Below, one piece after another: positions 37,617 through 46,895 of a stretch of DNA of 64,000 nucleotides; the stretch's first letter is position 1, and each line of letters begins with the position of its first letter. The notes under the pieces are model-generated. The model saw only the letters and a list, made by a program, of their open reading frames with translations. It was not told the origin of the DNA and did no database searches. Both the position numbers and the translations under genes were made by a program. The stretch comes from an uncultured Methanosarcinales archaeon (GTDB lineage Archaea > Nanobdellota > Nanobdellia > Woesearchaeales > JABIAG01), in the NCBI GenBank assembly GCA_964561995.1, contig CAZLQZ010000004.1:16717-80716 (forward strand). Reading direction: 5' to 3'.

Positions 37617-37790
37617 ATGAAGAATGATGGTTTACAATTCCTTTCTATTGTTATAAGTAGTTTGGCATTGTTGTACATACTATTTGTTAATGTTTTTCGA
37701 GAATCTTTTATTGTTAATGATTGGATTGTAGTTAGTGTCGATTTAATAGCTAAAATAATTATTGAGATGGTGTTATTATCAAGAAAATGA
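37617..37790 (+). CDS. Small hydrophobic peptide, hypothetical (alternative to track ORF 37557..37790)
   Basis: MKNDGLQFLSIVISSLALLYILFV...; weak. Confidence 0.2.
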   Translation: MKNDGLQFLSIVISSLALLYILFVNVFRESFIVNDWIVVSVDLIAKIIIEMVLLSRK

Positions 37791-38860
37791 AATCATTAAA
37801 GAATATTAAACTTCAAGGGAAAAAAGTCATCGTTAGGCTTGATTTAGATATTCCAATTAAAAATGGAAAGATTACAGATGATACAAGATTAAAAGAATCT
37901 TTGCCTACATTAAAACTTCTTAAAAAAGCTAAGCAAGTAATTATTATGGGTCATTTAGGAAGACCTAAAGGAAATGAAAAAAAATATTCTCTTGGGCCAA
38001 TTGCTTTAAGATTGTCTAAATTACTTAATGTTAAAATAAAACTTGGAATTCCAAAAAATGAAAAGTATGTTATGTTGGAAAATTTAAGATTTGATTCAAG
38101 AGAAAAAACTAATGGTTTATCTTTTGCAAAAGAACTTGCTTCTTATGCTGATATTTATGTTAATGATGCATTTGCTACTAGTCATCGAAATGCTGCATCA
38201 ATAACTGGAATTACTAAATACTTGCCTTCTTATCCTGGATTAAAAGTTGAAAAAAACATAAAAGAAATTCCTAAATTAATTAATAATCCTAAGCATCCTT
38301 TTATTTTAGTTTTAGGTGGAATAAAAATTGACAAATTAAATATTTTAAAGAATTTAGTTAAAAAAGCAGACGCAGTTTTAATTGGAAGTGCAATGGTTTT
38401 TGCTTTTATGGGAAAAAGATATAATGAAAATGAAATTAAACTTGCTAAACAAATACTTAAATCTGCAAAAAGAAAAATTATTTTACCAATAGACGTTATA
38501 ATGGATAATAAAAAAACTATTGATGTAGAAAAAATTCCTATTAAAAGAAAAGCATATGATATTGGTCCAAAAACTATTTTGATATATTCTGAAATGTTAA
38601 AACAAGCAAAAACAATTGTTTGGAATGGTCCACTAGGTTTTTATGAAGGTGGTTATACTAAATCTACCAAAGCTTTAGCAAAAGTAATTACAAATTCAAA
38701 AGCAACAACAATTATTGGAGGAGGAGATACTACTCATTGTTTAAAAAATAGTTTAGAAAAAGTAACTCACTATACTACTGCCGGTGGTGCTTTTTTACAA
38801 TTAGTTTCTGGAAAAGAATTAATAGGAATTAAAGCGTTAAGAATAAACACTAATGCTTAA
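37787..38860 (+). CDS. pgk: Phosphoglycerate kinase (short, 357 aa)
   Basis: KKVIVRLDLDIP...ITDDTRL and a C-terminal GGGDT-like ATP lid (IIGGGDTT). Confidence 0.85.
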   Translation: MKSLKNIKLQGKKVIVRLDLDIPIKNGKITDDTRLKESLPTLKLLKKAKQVIIMGHLGRPKGNEKKYSLGPIALRLSKLLNVKIKLGIPKNEKYVMLENLRFDSREKTNGLSFAKELASYADIYVNDAFATSHRNAASITGITKYLPSYPGLKVEKNIKEIPKLINNPKHPFILVLGGIKIDKLNILKNLVKKADAVLIGSAMVFAFMGKRYNENEIKLAKQILKSAKRKIILPIDVIMDNKKTIDVEKIPIKRKAYDIGPKTILIYSEMLKQAKTIVWNGPLGFYEGGYTKSTKALAKVITNSKATTIIGGGDTTHCLKNSLEKVTHYTTAGGAFLQLVSGKELIGIKALRINTNA

Positions 38861-41431
38861 TCTTGCTTCGCTTCCTACTTCATCATTTCTTATTTTAAGT
38901 TGTCTTAATTTATCAACTAATTTATGTCTTCCGATTTTAGTAAATCCCCATTGTTTAGTGTCCATGTTAAATCCTAATCCAATTCCGCCATACTTTTTGC
39001 TAAATGCACTACTCATGTCTTCAAATCTTTCTTTTCCTCTTTTATCGCTGTATCCTTCGACTTTGAATAAAACATTTTGTTGCATTAAAGCACCTACTGA
39101 TTCTTTGTCAACAATTTCAAAAACGTCTTTTGGTAGACCGTTATTAAAAAGTGTAGATTCATATGCCGCTTGAACATTACTTTTTAGTGTCTTACTAAAA
39201 TATGCAGGTTGTGTTTCAGTTTTTATTCCCATTAATAATTCATTAATTGAATTTTTATCAATTTTTAAAGAATGAGCTCTTGTTTTAGTATAACCCTCAG
39301 GACAGTATTTACTAACAAATTCTAATTGATTAATTAATTCATTTTTAACGTCAGACAAAGTTAAGTATTCACTTAGTTTTGCAATTTCTCTTTTAACACT
39401 TTCTGGGTTAACATGAGAAAAATTTCCACCAGTTTTAACTGCTCCTTGAACTTCTTTAACTCTAAAGTCTAAACCCACCCAAGATTCATAAATTTTATGT
39501 CCTTTTGCTTCATTTAATAATTGTTTATTTGCTTGATATTCAACCATTTCTTTTGAATCTGAAATTGTTTGAACACATCTTGAATATTTCAAACTGTTAT
39601 ATTGTTGTTCAATTTTCGCAGCATCTTCTGGATTAATGTATTTAGCTTGATTAATTGCTTTTAGTTCGTTAGGCATTTCCATTTCAAGAACACTTTCTAA
39701 ACTAAATATCCAGTCTAATTGTTCTTTTGTTTGTCCTGCAACTTCAACATGATCTTTTACAACATTGAAATATTTCATTATTAAGGGTTTATCCCCTTTA
39801 GCAATCTCTTTTGAAACTAAATTAAATTTAGAAGATTCAACCATTTCATCTTTCATTTTTTCAGTAAATTTATGATAGTTTGATAATGTTGTTTTTGCAA
39901 CTCTTGCTCTAGTTTTTTGTTTATCAGATGCCTCTTTGTTTGTTTTCACATAACTGTTTGCTAATCTGTCAATTACTTGCGCTAAACTAATTCCTGTTGT
40001 TTTTTCAAAGTCAATACCATTAATATATCTGCCTTTCATAATGTCTAATTTTAATTCATCATCTTCAACTGTTTTGCTCATTCTTATTTGTTGAACTGTA
40101 GTGTAAAATTCACTAATTACTTCTTTTGAATAACGCATAGAAACTCTTTCACATAAATTTGCCCAAGCTTTACCTTGTCCTAATTCAGTTCTTTTAAAGA
40201 CACTTTCTAATGGAGTAAATTTGCCCCAAAGTAATAGTTCCGGATGTGTTTCATTAAATTCTTCATTTGTAGCTTTTGCATGATCTCGTCTATTAAGATA
40301 TTGTTTCCATTCTATTTTTTCTTTATCCCATAATGGTTTTGTGTCTTTGATTGCTTCTGTTAATGTTCTCCATTCTTCAAAGTAATCTGTTAGTACTTCT
40401 CTATTGAATATTTTTCTTTTTTCTTTAATTCCCGGAAGAGCTCTTTCAATTGATCTTGCTTCAACAGGCTTTAAGAAATCTTCATTTAATGCATCATCTA
40501 ACGTGTAATGTTTATTTTTTCTAGTAAATGGTTCTCTTCCTTTTTTTGTTAACCTTGTAATATATAATTTTGAATCAAAGTCATATTCATCATTTCCTTG
40601 TTCCCTTAAGAATATTCCATCATCTCTAAATGTTCTTCCTGAAGCTTCTGCTTTCATCATTCTATTTTCTAAAATCCATGAAAAGAATAATGCGTGATCT
40701 TTTGGTGTCATATCAAAATAATTTTTAGTATATTTAACAACAACTTCTCTTATTTTTGGATCTTTTATTTTATCTAATTCTCCTACTGCATAATTTACCA
40801 TACTTCTACTATTATTTTGATTAAGATTAAATTCTAATCCTTCAATATCTCCATTTAGAATCATTTTCGAGTAATCTGCTAAAACTTCACTATTTGCTAA
40901 TTCATAAGCATTTATTCCTGCTTCATCAAGCATTCCTATCAATGTTTCATTGTTATTAAGAATTCCGTCAATTGAATCTTCTAGATCTTTTTTTCTTTGT
41001 CTTCTAATTCTATTTTTAGCTTGTTCTGATTCAAATTTTACTAAGTCACCAGTACCTAGTTTTTCATCTAATTTTAAAAGTAAATTGAAATGATCGTCTC
41101 CTGCTTGTATTGGGTCACGAATTTGGCTAGTTGTTTGTCCTTGAAAGTCAGTATGTTTCCATCTAACATAAGTAACTTTAGAAAGTCCTTGTCCACAATA
41201 ACATCTTCCTATTTCATCTCCTTCTTTATAATCTGCTACTTTAAATGTAAATTTTCCATCGATTTTTTTTCCGGTTTTAGCTCTAAATTTTGCTAAGAAA
41301 TTTCTTAAAAAACTTAATGATGTTGTATTTCCTAAACTACTATAATTTTCACATAATTCTAAAAATTCTTTTCCTTCTTGAGTTTTTAAATCGCACCCTT
41401 GTTTTATTTCTTTTAATACTTTTGTAGTCAT
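38837..41431 (-). CDS. Large orphan protein (864 aa), divergently transcribed from a TrmB regulator
   Basis: Long uninterrupted ORF with good coding periodicity; only a weak KIDGK motif; no domain recognised. Confidence 0.55.
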   Translation of the reverse strand: MTTKVLKEIKQGCDLKTQEGKEFLELCENYSSLGNTTSLSFLRNFLAKFRAKTGKKIDGKFTFKVADYKEGDEIGRCYCGQGLSKVTYVRWKHTDFQGQTTSQIRDPIQAGDDHFNLLLKLDEKLGTGDLVKFESEQAKNRIRRQRKKDLEDSIDGILNNNETLIGMLDEAGINAYELANSEVLADYSKMILNGDIEGLEFNLNQNNSRSMVNYAVGELDKIKDPKIREVVVKYTKNYFDMTPKDHALFFSWILENRMMKAEASGRTFRDDGIFLREQGNDEYDFDSKLYITRLTKKGREPFTRKNKHYTLDDALNEDFLKPVEARSIERALPGIKEKRKIFNREVLTDYFEEWRTLTEAIKDTKPLWDKEKIEWKQYLNRRDHAKATNEEFNETHPELLLWGKFTPLESVFKRTELGQGKAWANLCERVSMRYSKEVISEFYTTVQQIRMSKTVEDDELKLDIMKGRYINGIDFEKTTGISLAQVIDRLANSYVKTNKEASDKQKTRARVAKTTLSNYHKFTEKMKDEMVESSKFNLVSKEIAKGDKPLIMKYFNVVKDHVEVAGQTKEQLDWIFSLESVLEMEMPNELKAINQAKYINPEDAAKIEQQYNSLKYSRCVQTISDSKEMVEYQANKQLLNEAKGHKIYESWVGLDFRVKEVQGAVKTGGNFSHVNPESVKREIAKLSEYLTLSDVKNELINQLEFVSKYCPEGYTKTRAHSLKIDKNSINELLMGIKTETQPAYFSKTLKSNVQAAYESTLFNNGLPKDVFEIVDKESVGALMQQNVLFKVEGYSDKRGKERFEDMSSAFSKKYGGIGLGFNMDTKQWGFTKIGRHKLVDKLRQLKIRNDEVGSEARLSISVYS

Positions 41432-41503
41432 TTTAACCCTCCTAATGATTATTATTATTTTAACTTTTACTATATTCTATTGTTAATCAATATAAAAGGT
41501 AGG

Positions 41504-41519
41504 GGTGATACAAATCACC
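41504..41519. promoter_or_regulatory. Inverted repeat GGTGAT-ACAA-ATCACC in the TrmB / 864-aa-gene divergent promoter region
   Basis: Exact 6-bp arms with a 4-bp spacer; TATAAAAGG box just upstream. Confidence 0.45.
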
Positions 41520-41555
41520 ACAACATTTAAATAAGATTTAACGTTTAATACAATT

Positions 41556-42257
41556 ATGGATGCATTAGGAGCTGCTGGCTTAACAAAAAATGAAGCAAAA
41601 TTGTATAAGATTTTATTAAAATGGACTTCTGGTAATGTTACTGATTTATCAAGAGCATCAGGAATACATCGAAGAAGTGTTTATGATGTTTTACAAAGAT
41701 TGGCTGATAAAGGTTTAGCATCTTATATTGTTAAGGACGGTGTTAAGAAATATTTAGCTAATAATCCTGAAAGATTAAAAGAAATTGTAGATGAAAAAAA
41801 GAATCTTATAAGTGAAGAACTTCCTAATTTAATTGGTATGTTTAAACAAAATACCGAAAAAAAAAGTACTCAGTTTTTTATGGGGAAAAAAGGTATTAAA
41901 TACATTCTTGATGAGCAATTAACACTTAAGCATGAAATTTTAGTTTTAGGTGGAAGTAATATTGCTCAAGAAATGCTTAAATATTATTTTCCAAAATATG
42001 ACAATATAAGAAAAGAAAAGAAAATCCCTATCAAAATAATTTATTCTGGAAAAAAACAAAAAAAACATAAAAGTGTTTTATCTCAAGTTAAATATATGCC
42101 TGATGGAATGGGTGGTGAAATGGCGCTTAATATTTATGGTAAGAATGTCGCTTTAATAATGTGGAATGAAGATAATCCTTTTGCTATTTTGATCAATCAA
42201 AAAGAAGTTGCAGACAATTTTAAAGACTATTTTCAGTTCATTTGGGACAAACTTTAG
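41556..42257 (+). CDS. TrmB-family transcriptional regulator
   Basis: LTKNEAKLYKILLKWTSGNVTDLSRASGIHRRSVYDVLQRLADKGL HTH plus a TrmB C-terminal domain. Confidence 0.65.
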   Translation: MDALGAAGLTKNEAKLYKILLKWTSGNVTDLSRASGIHRRSVYDVLQRLADKGLASYIVKDGVKKYLANNPERLKEIVDEKKNLISEELPNLIGMFKQNTEKKSTQFFMGKKGIKYILDEQLTLKHEILVLGGSNIAQEMLKYYFPKYDNIRKEKKIPIKIIYSGKKQKKHKSVLSQVKYMPDGMGGEMALNIYGKNVALIMWNEDNPFAILINQKEVADNFKDYFQFIWDKL

Positions 42258-42348
42258 AATAATTATACAGTATCACTATTTTAAAACACTACTTTTCTTA
42301 CAACAATTCTTATAAATGAATTATTCGATTTTTAAATGGGGGGATAAA

Positions 42349-43608
42349 ATGCACAAGAAAATTTCAATTGAACATTTACCAAAATTAGATAAAGTATTAA
42401 GAATCACATTTTCATCTATCAAAAAAGACCTTATTGAGTCTAAAGAAGAGTTTTCTCAATTGGATGAGAAGGTTGAAAATTCATTAACATTGTTTAGACA
42501 AAGACTTAATGATTTTAATGATTCTATTTGGAAAGAATTAAAGAAAAAAACCGATTATATGGATAATGAATTAACTGTTAAAACAACTTTTTTAGAAAAA
42601 CAATTGAAAGAATTGGCAGATTATACTGAAAAATTCATTGAAACTACTAATTTAAAAGTAACTTCCTGGAATAAAAAAATTAAAAGTATTGATGATAATT
42701 CTGCAAGAGCTACTGAAATTGGTACTGAACTTAAAAAAATTAAGTTTCTTAGGGCTGATTTAGAAAAAATCAAAATTTTAGAAAAAGAAATTAATAATTT
42801 ATCGGAAATTCATATAACTAAAAAGGATTTTAAGAAAGCAAATGATGATTTAGATAAAAAGTTAAATAAAAAAGTAGATGCTTTAAAATTAAATCATGAT
42901 GTTTTTAAAAATGATTTTGAAAAAAATTCAGATACGTTAAGAGGCGAAGTAAGTGATAAAGTTTCAGGTATGGAATTGGAAGTTAAGCACTTTTCTAAAA
43001 CTCTTAATTCTGAAGTTACTAATTTAAAACAAGAATTTGATACTAAACTAAAAGAAAAAATTTCTTTAACAAATCTTGAAGAAGATTTTGGAAAAAGATT
43101 TACTAAATTGGAAAAGTCTTTTTCTTCTGATAAAGTTGTTTTAGAAAAATCTGTTGAAGATTTAAAAAAGCAATTTGAAAAAGATAACAAAAAAGCTCTA
43201 GCAGCTGCTCAAGAAAGTTTTATCGACACTTCAAAAACTGAGATTAAAAAAGCACTTGTCGACGTTACTAAAAATGTTAATGAGGGGACTGTTTCAGTAA
43301 AAGACATTAAGTCAGATCTGAATAAGATTTCAAGGGCAGTAGATATTCTTAAATCTCGTGTTTCAAATATTGAAAGTAATAAGGATACAAAACCAATAAA
43401 AGATACAAATAAGAAAGAAAAAGTCTTAGATAAAAAAGAAGAAAAAGAAAAACCAAAATTAAAAGAAAAAAAACCCAGTTTTTTGAAAAAAATAGTTGAT
43501 TTTTTAATTGAAGATATTGAAGAAGATAAAGATAAAACTCTTCAAGAATTTGATAGAAAAAAAGGCGATAAGTTTGAAATTAAAGAAATAAAAGAATTAA
43601 AAGAGTAA
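42349..43608 (+). CDS. Long coiled-coil protein, hypothetical (start at the internal Met preceded by the GGGGGAT SD; the track ORF starts at 42316)
   Basis: About 420 aa of heptad-rich Lys/Glu sequence. Confidence 0.5.
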   Translation: MHKKISIEHLPKLDKVLRITFSSIKKDLIESKEEFSQLDEKVENSLTLFRQRLNDFNDSIWKELKKKTDYMDNELTVKTTFLEKQLKELADYTEKFIETTNLKVTSWNKKIKSIDDNSARATEIGTELKKIKFLRADLEKIKILEKEINNLSEIHITKKDFKKANDDLDKKLNKKVDALKLNHDVFKNDFEKNSDTLRGEVSDKVSGMELEVKHFSKTLNSEVTNLKQEFDTKLKEKISLTNLEEDFGKRFTKLEKSFSSDKVVLEKSVEDLKKQFEKDNKKALAAAQESFIDTSKTEIKKALVDVTKNVNEGTVSVKDIKSDLNKISRAVDILKSRVSNIESNKDTKPIKDTNKKEKVLDKKEEKEKPKLKEKKPSFLKKIVDFLIEDIEEDKDKTLQEFDRKKGDKFEIKEIKELKE

Positions 43609-43641
43609 ACATTATATATTTCTTAATTTATTTTTTATTTA

Positions 43642-43938
43642 ATGAGAAAATACAAGCCTAAACCTGAACATATTGTAAAAACTGCTAAAGAAAGAATAAA
43701 TGAATTGTTTGAATTAGCAGAATCTAATGAATCTTATGCAAATAGATATGTTTCAATGGCAAGAAAAATTTCTATGAAATATAAAGTTAAAATTCCTAAA
43801 GAGTTAAAGAAAAGATTTTGTAAGCATTGTTATAAATATTTAAGACAAGGAAAGAATGTTCGAGTTAGAAGAAATGAAAAGGGTATTGTTTATACTTGTT
43901 TAGAATGTAATAAGCAAATGAGATTTCCAATTAAGTAA
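43642..43938 (+). CDS. rpp21: RNase P protein component Rpp21/Rpr2
   Basis: AKERINELFELAE...RYVSMARKISMKYKVKIP...CKHCYKYL...CLECNKQMRFP follows the Rpp21 zinc-ribbon family pattern. Confidence 0.8.
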   Translation: MRKYKPKPEHIVKTAKERINELFELAESNESYANRYVSMARKISMKYKVKIPKELKKRFCKHCYKYLRQGKNVRVRRNEKGIVYTCLECNKQMRFPIK

Positions 43939-44025
43939 TTTTTCTCATAACTTTATATAGTTATTATAAAACACTAACTTTCAAATACAACAATGTTTTT
44001 AAACCAATTTCCTTATTAGTAATAT

Positions 44026-44769
44026 ATGGGGGCAAAGAAAACAATTAAGGACTTAAATAGGAGCTTAAAAAATTCTTTTTCTAGAATTAAAGAAGATGTT
44101 GTTTCATTAAAAAAAACAAGAAAACAATTATCTAAAGAAGTTAATAATCTTAATTTAAAACAAGTTGAATTTGATAAGGATGTTGCAAAAAATGAAGATA
44201 TTCATAAAATGCAATTGAAAGTTGAAAATATTGCCTATGAACAAAAATCTATAAAGGAATTTTCAGATATTCTTGCTTTTTTGAAAAAAGAGTCAGTTAT
44301 GAAAAGAGAATATGATAGGGCTCATAATAAAACTAAAAATGAAGTTAGTTCTTTGAGAAAAGAAGTTGATAAAATTAAAAAATCAAGAGATATAGTTAAA
44401 GAAGCAAGAGTAATTCAACTTGAAAAGAGTTTAATGAAAATTGATGATGTTAAAAAAGAAATTTTAGACGATGTAAAAAGAAAGTATTTGACTGCAGAAG
44501 AAGTGGCAGCAGAAATAAATCCTTTGAAAAAAGAGTTTTTAGATCTTTATAATAAAGTTAACAAAGTTACTAGGGAAGTATTATCTTATCCTAAATTGAA
44601 GTTTTTTGGTGATGTAATGTTATTAATTGCAATAATTAGTTTAGCGGGTGCTGGAATATCATTATATTTTAATTATTACTTTGCAGCTAATTTTTTGGGT
44701 ATAGAAGCTTTGATATTTTTCATTATTGGAATTATTGTTATGTTGATTCATAAGATGAGTATTAGGTAA
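44026..44769 (+). CDS. Coiled-coil protein with a C-terminal TM anchor, hypothetical
   Basis: Heptad-rich; tail MLLIAIISLAGAGISLYFNYYFAANFLGIEALIFFIIGIIVMLI. Confidence 0.45.
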   Translation: MGAKKTIKDLNRSLKNSFSRIKEDVVSLKKTRKQLSKEVNNLNLKQVEFDKDVAKNEDIHKMQLKVENIAYEQKSIKEFSDILAFLKKESVMKREYDRAHNKTKNEVSSLRKEVDKIKKSRDIVKEARVIQLEKSLMKIDDVKKEILDDVKRKYLTAEEVAAEINPLKKEFLDLYNKVNKVTREVLSYPKLKFFGDVMLLIAIISLAGAGISLYFNYYFAANFLGIEALIFFIIGIIVMLIHKMSIR

Positions 44770-44802
44770 AATTTTTAAACTATTCTTTAATTAATTGTAT
44801 TT

Positions 44803-45054
44803 ATGTATGATTTAGAGCTTGAAAAAATAATAAGTAATATTAAAAAGGAAAAAGCTAAACTTGTTTGTATTCAATTGCCTGATGGTTTAAAACCTAAAGC
44901 AAATGAGATTCAAGAAGCAATTGAAAGTAAAACTGATGCTAAAGTAGTTATTTGGTCTGGTTCTTGTTTTGGTGCATGTGATGTACCTTTAGAATTAAAG
45001 AGTTTGAAGATTGATTTAGTTGTGCAATTCGGTCATAGCGAATTGGTAAGGTAG
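44803..45054 (+). pseudogene. dph2: N-terminal fragment (83 aa) of diphthamide synthase Dph2, terminated right after the conserved GHS motif
   Basis: KLVCIQLPDGLKP...SGSCFGACDVPLE...VQFGHSELVR* matches the Dph2 N-terminus (IQxPxGL, GACD, GHS). About 260 aa of the expected protein are missing. Confidence 0.6.
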
Positions 45055-45150
45055 CCTGTAAACCTCTAGAAAGTTTGTAATTAAATAACTACTGGTCACT
45101 GGACAAGTTCTCACATAGAGTATTTAAATGAATTTCAATTTTAATATTGT

Positions 45151-45921
45151 ATGAAATTTAATTTAAACAAAGTTGAGTTTAGTAAAAATGACTTAAGAAA
45201 AGGAATAAAGATTCCAACTAAACTAACGAAAGAACTTGCTCATTTTATAGGAATTCATATGGGTGATGGTCATTTGAGTAAAAGGAAGAATGGATATAGA
45301 ATTTGTTATTCTGGTCATTGGATTAATGAATTGAATTGGTATCAAAATTATCTTTTTGTTTTGATTAAGAACTTGTTTAATAAAGAAGTTGGTCCTGTTA
45401 AAGGACATGATTGTGTTCAAATAAATATTAATTCTAAAGCTATTCATTTTTTTTTTAGTAAAGTGTGTGATTTACCAGTGGGATCAAAGTCTAATTGTGA
45501 TTTTCTAAAATTTATTAAAAATGGTTATTTATCTATTAAAAAAGCTTTTTTGAGAGGATTTGCCGATACTGATTTTTCATTAGTTTTTAAAAATCGACAT
45601 AAAAATATCAATTATTATCCTGTTATTGATTGTGCTATTTCCAATAAAGTTCTTAGAGATTCACTTGTTAATTTAATTGAATCAATTGGTTTTAAAGTTT
45701 ATTCTAATGAAAGATTGAGAAAAAGAAAAAATAAAGTTAATGCTTCTTATTATTTTCAAATTAATGGAGTTAAAGCAATTGAAAAATGGATGAAGGAAGT
45801 AGGTTTTACTAGTTATAATCAACTGACAAAGTATTGGCTTTGGAAAAAACAAGGTTTTGTTCCTTCAAAAACAAATATTAATTACAGGTTAGAAGTATTG
45901 AAAATAAGTTTAATAAAATAA
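45151..45921 (+). CDS. LAGLIDADG homing endonuclease (double-motif), free-standing, in the same frame as the dph2 fragment
   Basis: LAHFIGIHMGDGHL and LRGFADTDFS are the two LAGLIDADG motifs; 256 aa. Confidence 0.7.
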   Translation: MKFNLNKVEFSKNDLRKGIKIPTKLTKELAHFIGIHMGDGHLSKRKNGYRICYSGHWINELNWYQNYLFVLIKNLFNKEVGPVKGHDCVQININSKAIHFFFSKVCDLPVGSKSNCDFLKFIKNGYLSIKKAFLRGFADTDFSLVFKNRHKNINYYPVIDCAISNKVLRDSLVNLIESIGFKVYSNERLRKRKNKVNASYYFQINGVKAIEKWMKEVGFTSYNQLTKYWLWKKQGFVPSKTNINYRLEVLKISLIK

Positions 45922-45925
45922 AATG

Positions 45926-46027
45926 CGCCCCCGACCAGATTCGAATTCACCGTGACTTTCTTGCAAAAATCACTCTGGTGACCTTGCGGTTAACAGCCGC
46001 ACGCTCCACCTACTGAGCTACGGAGGC
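45926..46027 (-). tRNA. tRNA-Asn (anticodon GTT) with a ~29-nt non-canonical intron in the T-arm
   Basis: Minus-strand GCCTCCG-TA-GCTC-AGTAGGTG-GAGC-G-TGCGG-CTGTTAA-CCGCA-AGGTC-ACCAG-[AGTGATTTTTGCAAGAAAGTCACGGTGAA]-TTCGAAT-CTGGT-CGGGGGC-G. Confidence 0.55.
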
Positions 46028-46131
46028 ACATTACATTGGATTTTTAAACGCTTTATAAAATTTTCTGTAATTTAGAAAGAAATTGGTTTTTTTAATTAAA
46101 TTTATAAATTAATTTATCTAACTATTTGTTT

Positions 46132-46830
46132 ATGACTAAATTTGGCATTATTGGAGCAATGGATGATGAAATTGAAATGTATTTAGAATATATTCAAGAT
46201 AGAAAAGAAACTAAATGGAACATATTTACTTTTTATGAAGGTAAGTTTCAAAATCACGATATTGTATTAGTTAAATCTGGCGTTGGAAAAGTATTTTCTT
46301 CAATGGTATGTCAACATCTTATTGATGAATTTAATCCCGATATGATACTTTTCACTGGTGTTGGAGGCTCATTAAACAAAGAACTAGAAATTGGCGATGT
46401 GGTTGTTGGTGTTGATTCTGTACATCACGATTTTAATGCAATTCCTTTGGGTTTTAAAAGAGGTCAAATATCTTATACTGATTATAGATTTTTCAATGCT
46501 GAACAAAAATTAATTGATTTAGCTTTTAAAACAAAATTAGAAAAAAATAAGATTATAAAGGGAAGAATTCTTACGGGGGATCAATTTTTTACACAAAAAG
46601 ATAAAGCAGAACATAGTTATTTGGTTGAAGAACTTAAAGGAGACTGTATTGAAATGGAAGGTGCAGCAGTTGCTCAAGTATGTAATATTAACGAAGTGCC
46701 ACATTTAATTATTAGAACTGTTTCTGATAAGGCAGATGGTACTGCAGTAGAAGATTATAATAATTTCAAATCAATTGTTGCAATGAATTCTTTTAAAATT
46801 GTTGAAAATATTATTAAAACTTTTTTATAA
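46132..46830 (+). CDS. mtnN: 5'-methylthioadenosine/S-adenosylhomocysteine nucleosidase
   Basis: FGIIGAMDDEIE start; VGGSLN; C-terminal IEMEGAAVAQVC. Confidence 0.7.
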   Translation: MTKFGIIGAMDDEIEMYLEYIQDRKETKWNIFTFYEGKFQNHDIVLVKSGVGKVFSSMVCQHLIDEFNPDMILFTGVGGSLNKELEIGDVVVGVDSVHHDFNAIPLGFKRGQISYTDYRFFNAEQKLIDLAFKTKLEKNKIIKGRILTGDQFFTQKDKAEHSYLVEELKGDCIEMEGAAVAQVCNINEVPHLIIRTVSDKADGTAVEDYNNFKSIVAMNSFKIVENIIKTFL

Positions 46831-46895
46831 CATTAATTTTTGATTTTTTTTATTTATCCCAAAGTTTAAATACTAGATAAATAATTAAATATTTC

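Noticed and set aside
37523-37640. Possible C/D-box sRNA (GUGAUGA at ~37531, UGAUGG further on)
   Set aside because: No convincing D/D' CUGA boxes at the right spacing and no terminal stem; the region is better explained by small hydrophobic peptide ORFs.
45055-45150. Intein interpretation of the LAGLIDADG ORF after dph2
   Set aside because: Four in-frame stops separate the dph2 fragment from the HE ORF, and no N- or C-terminal splicing blocks (Cys/Ser start, terminal HN plus nucleophile) are visible; at best a decayed intein.
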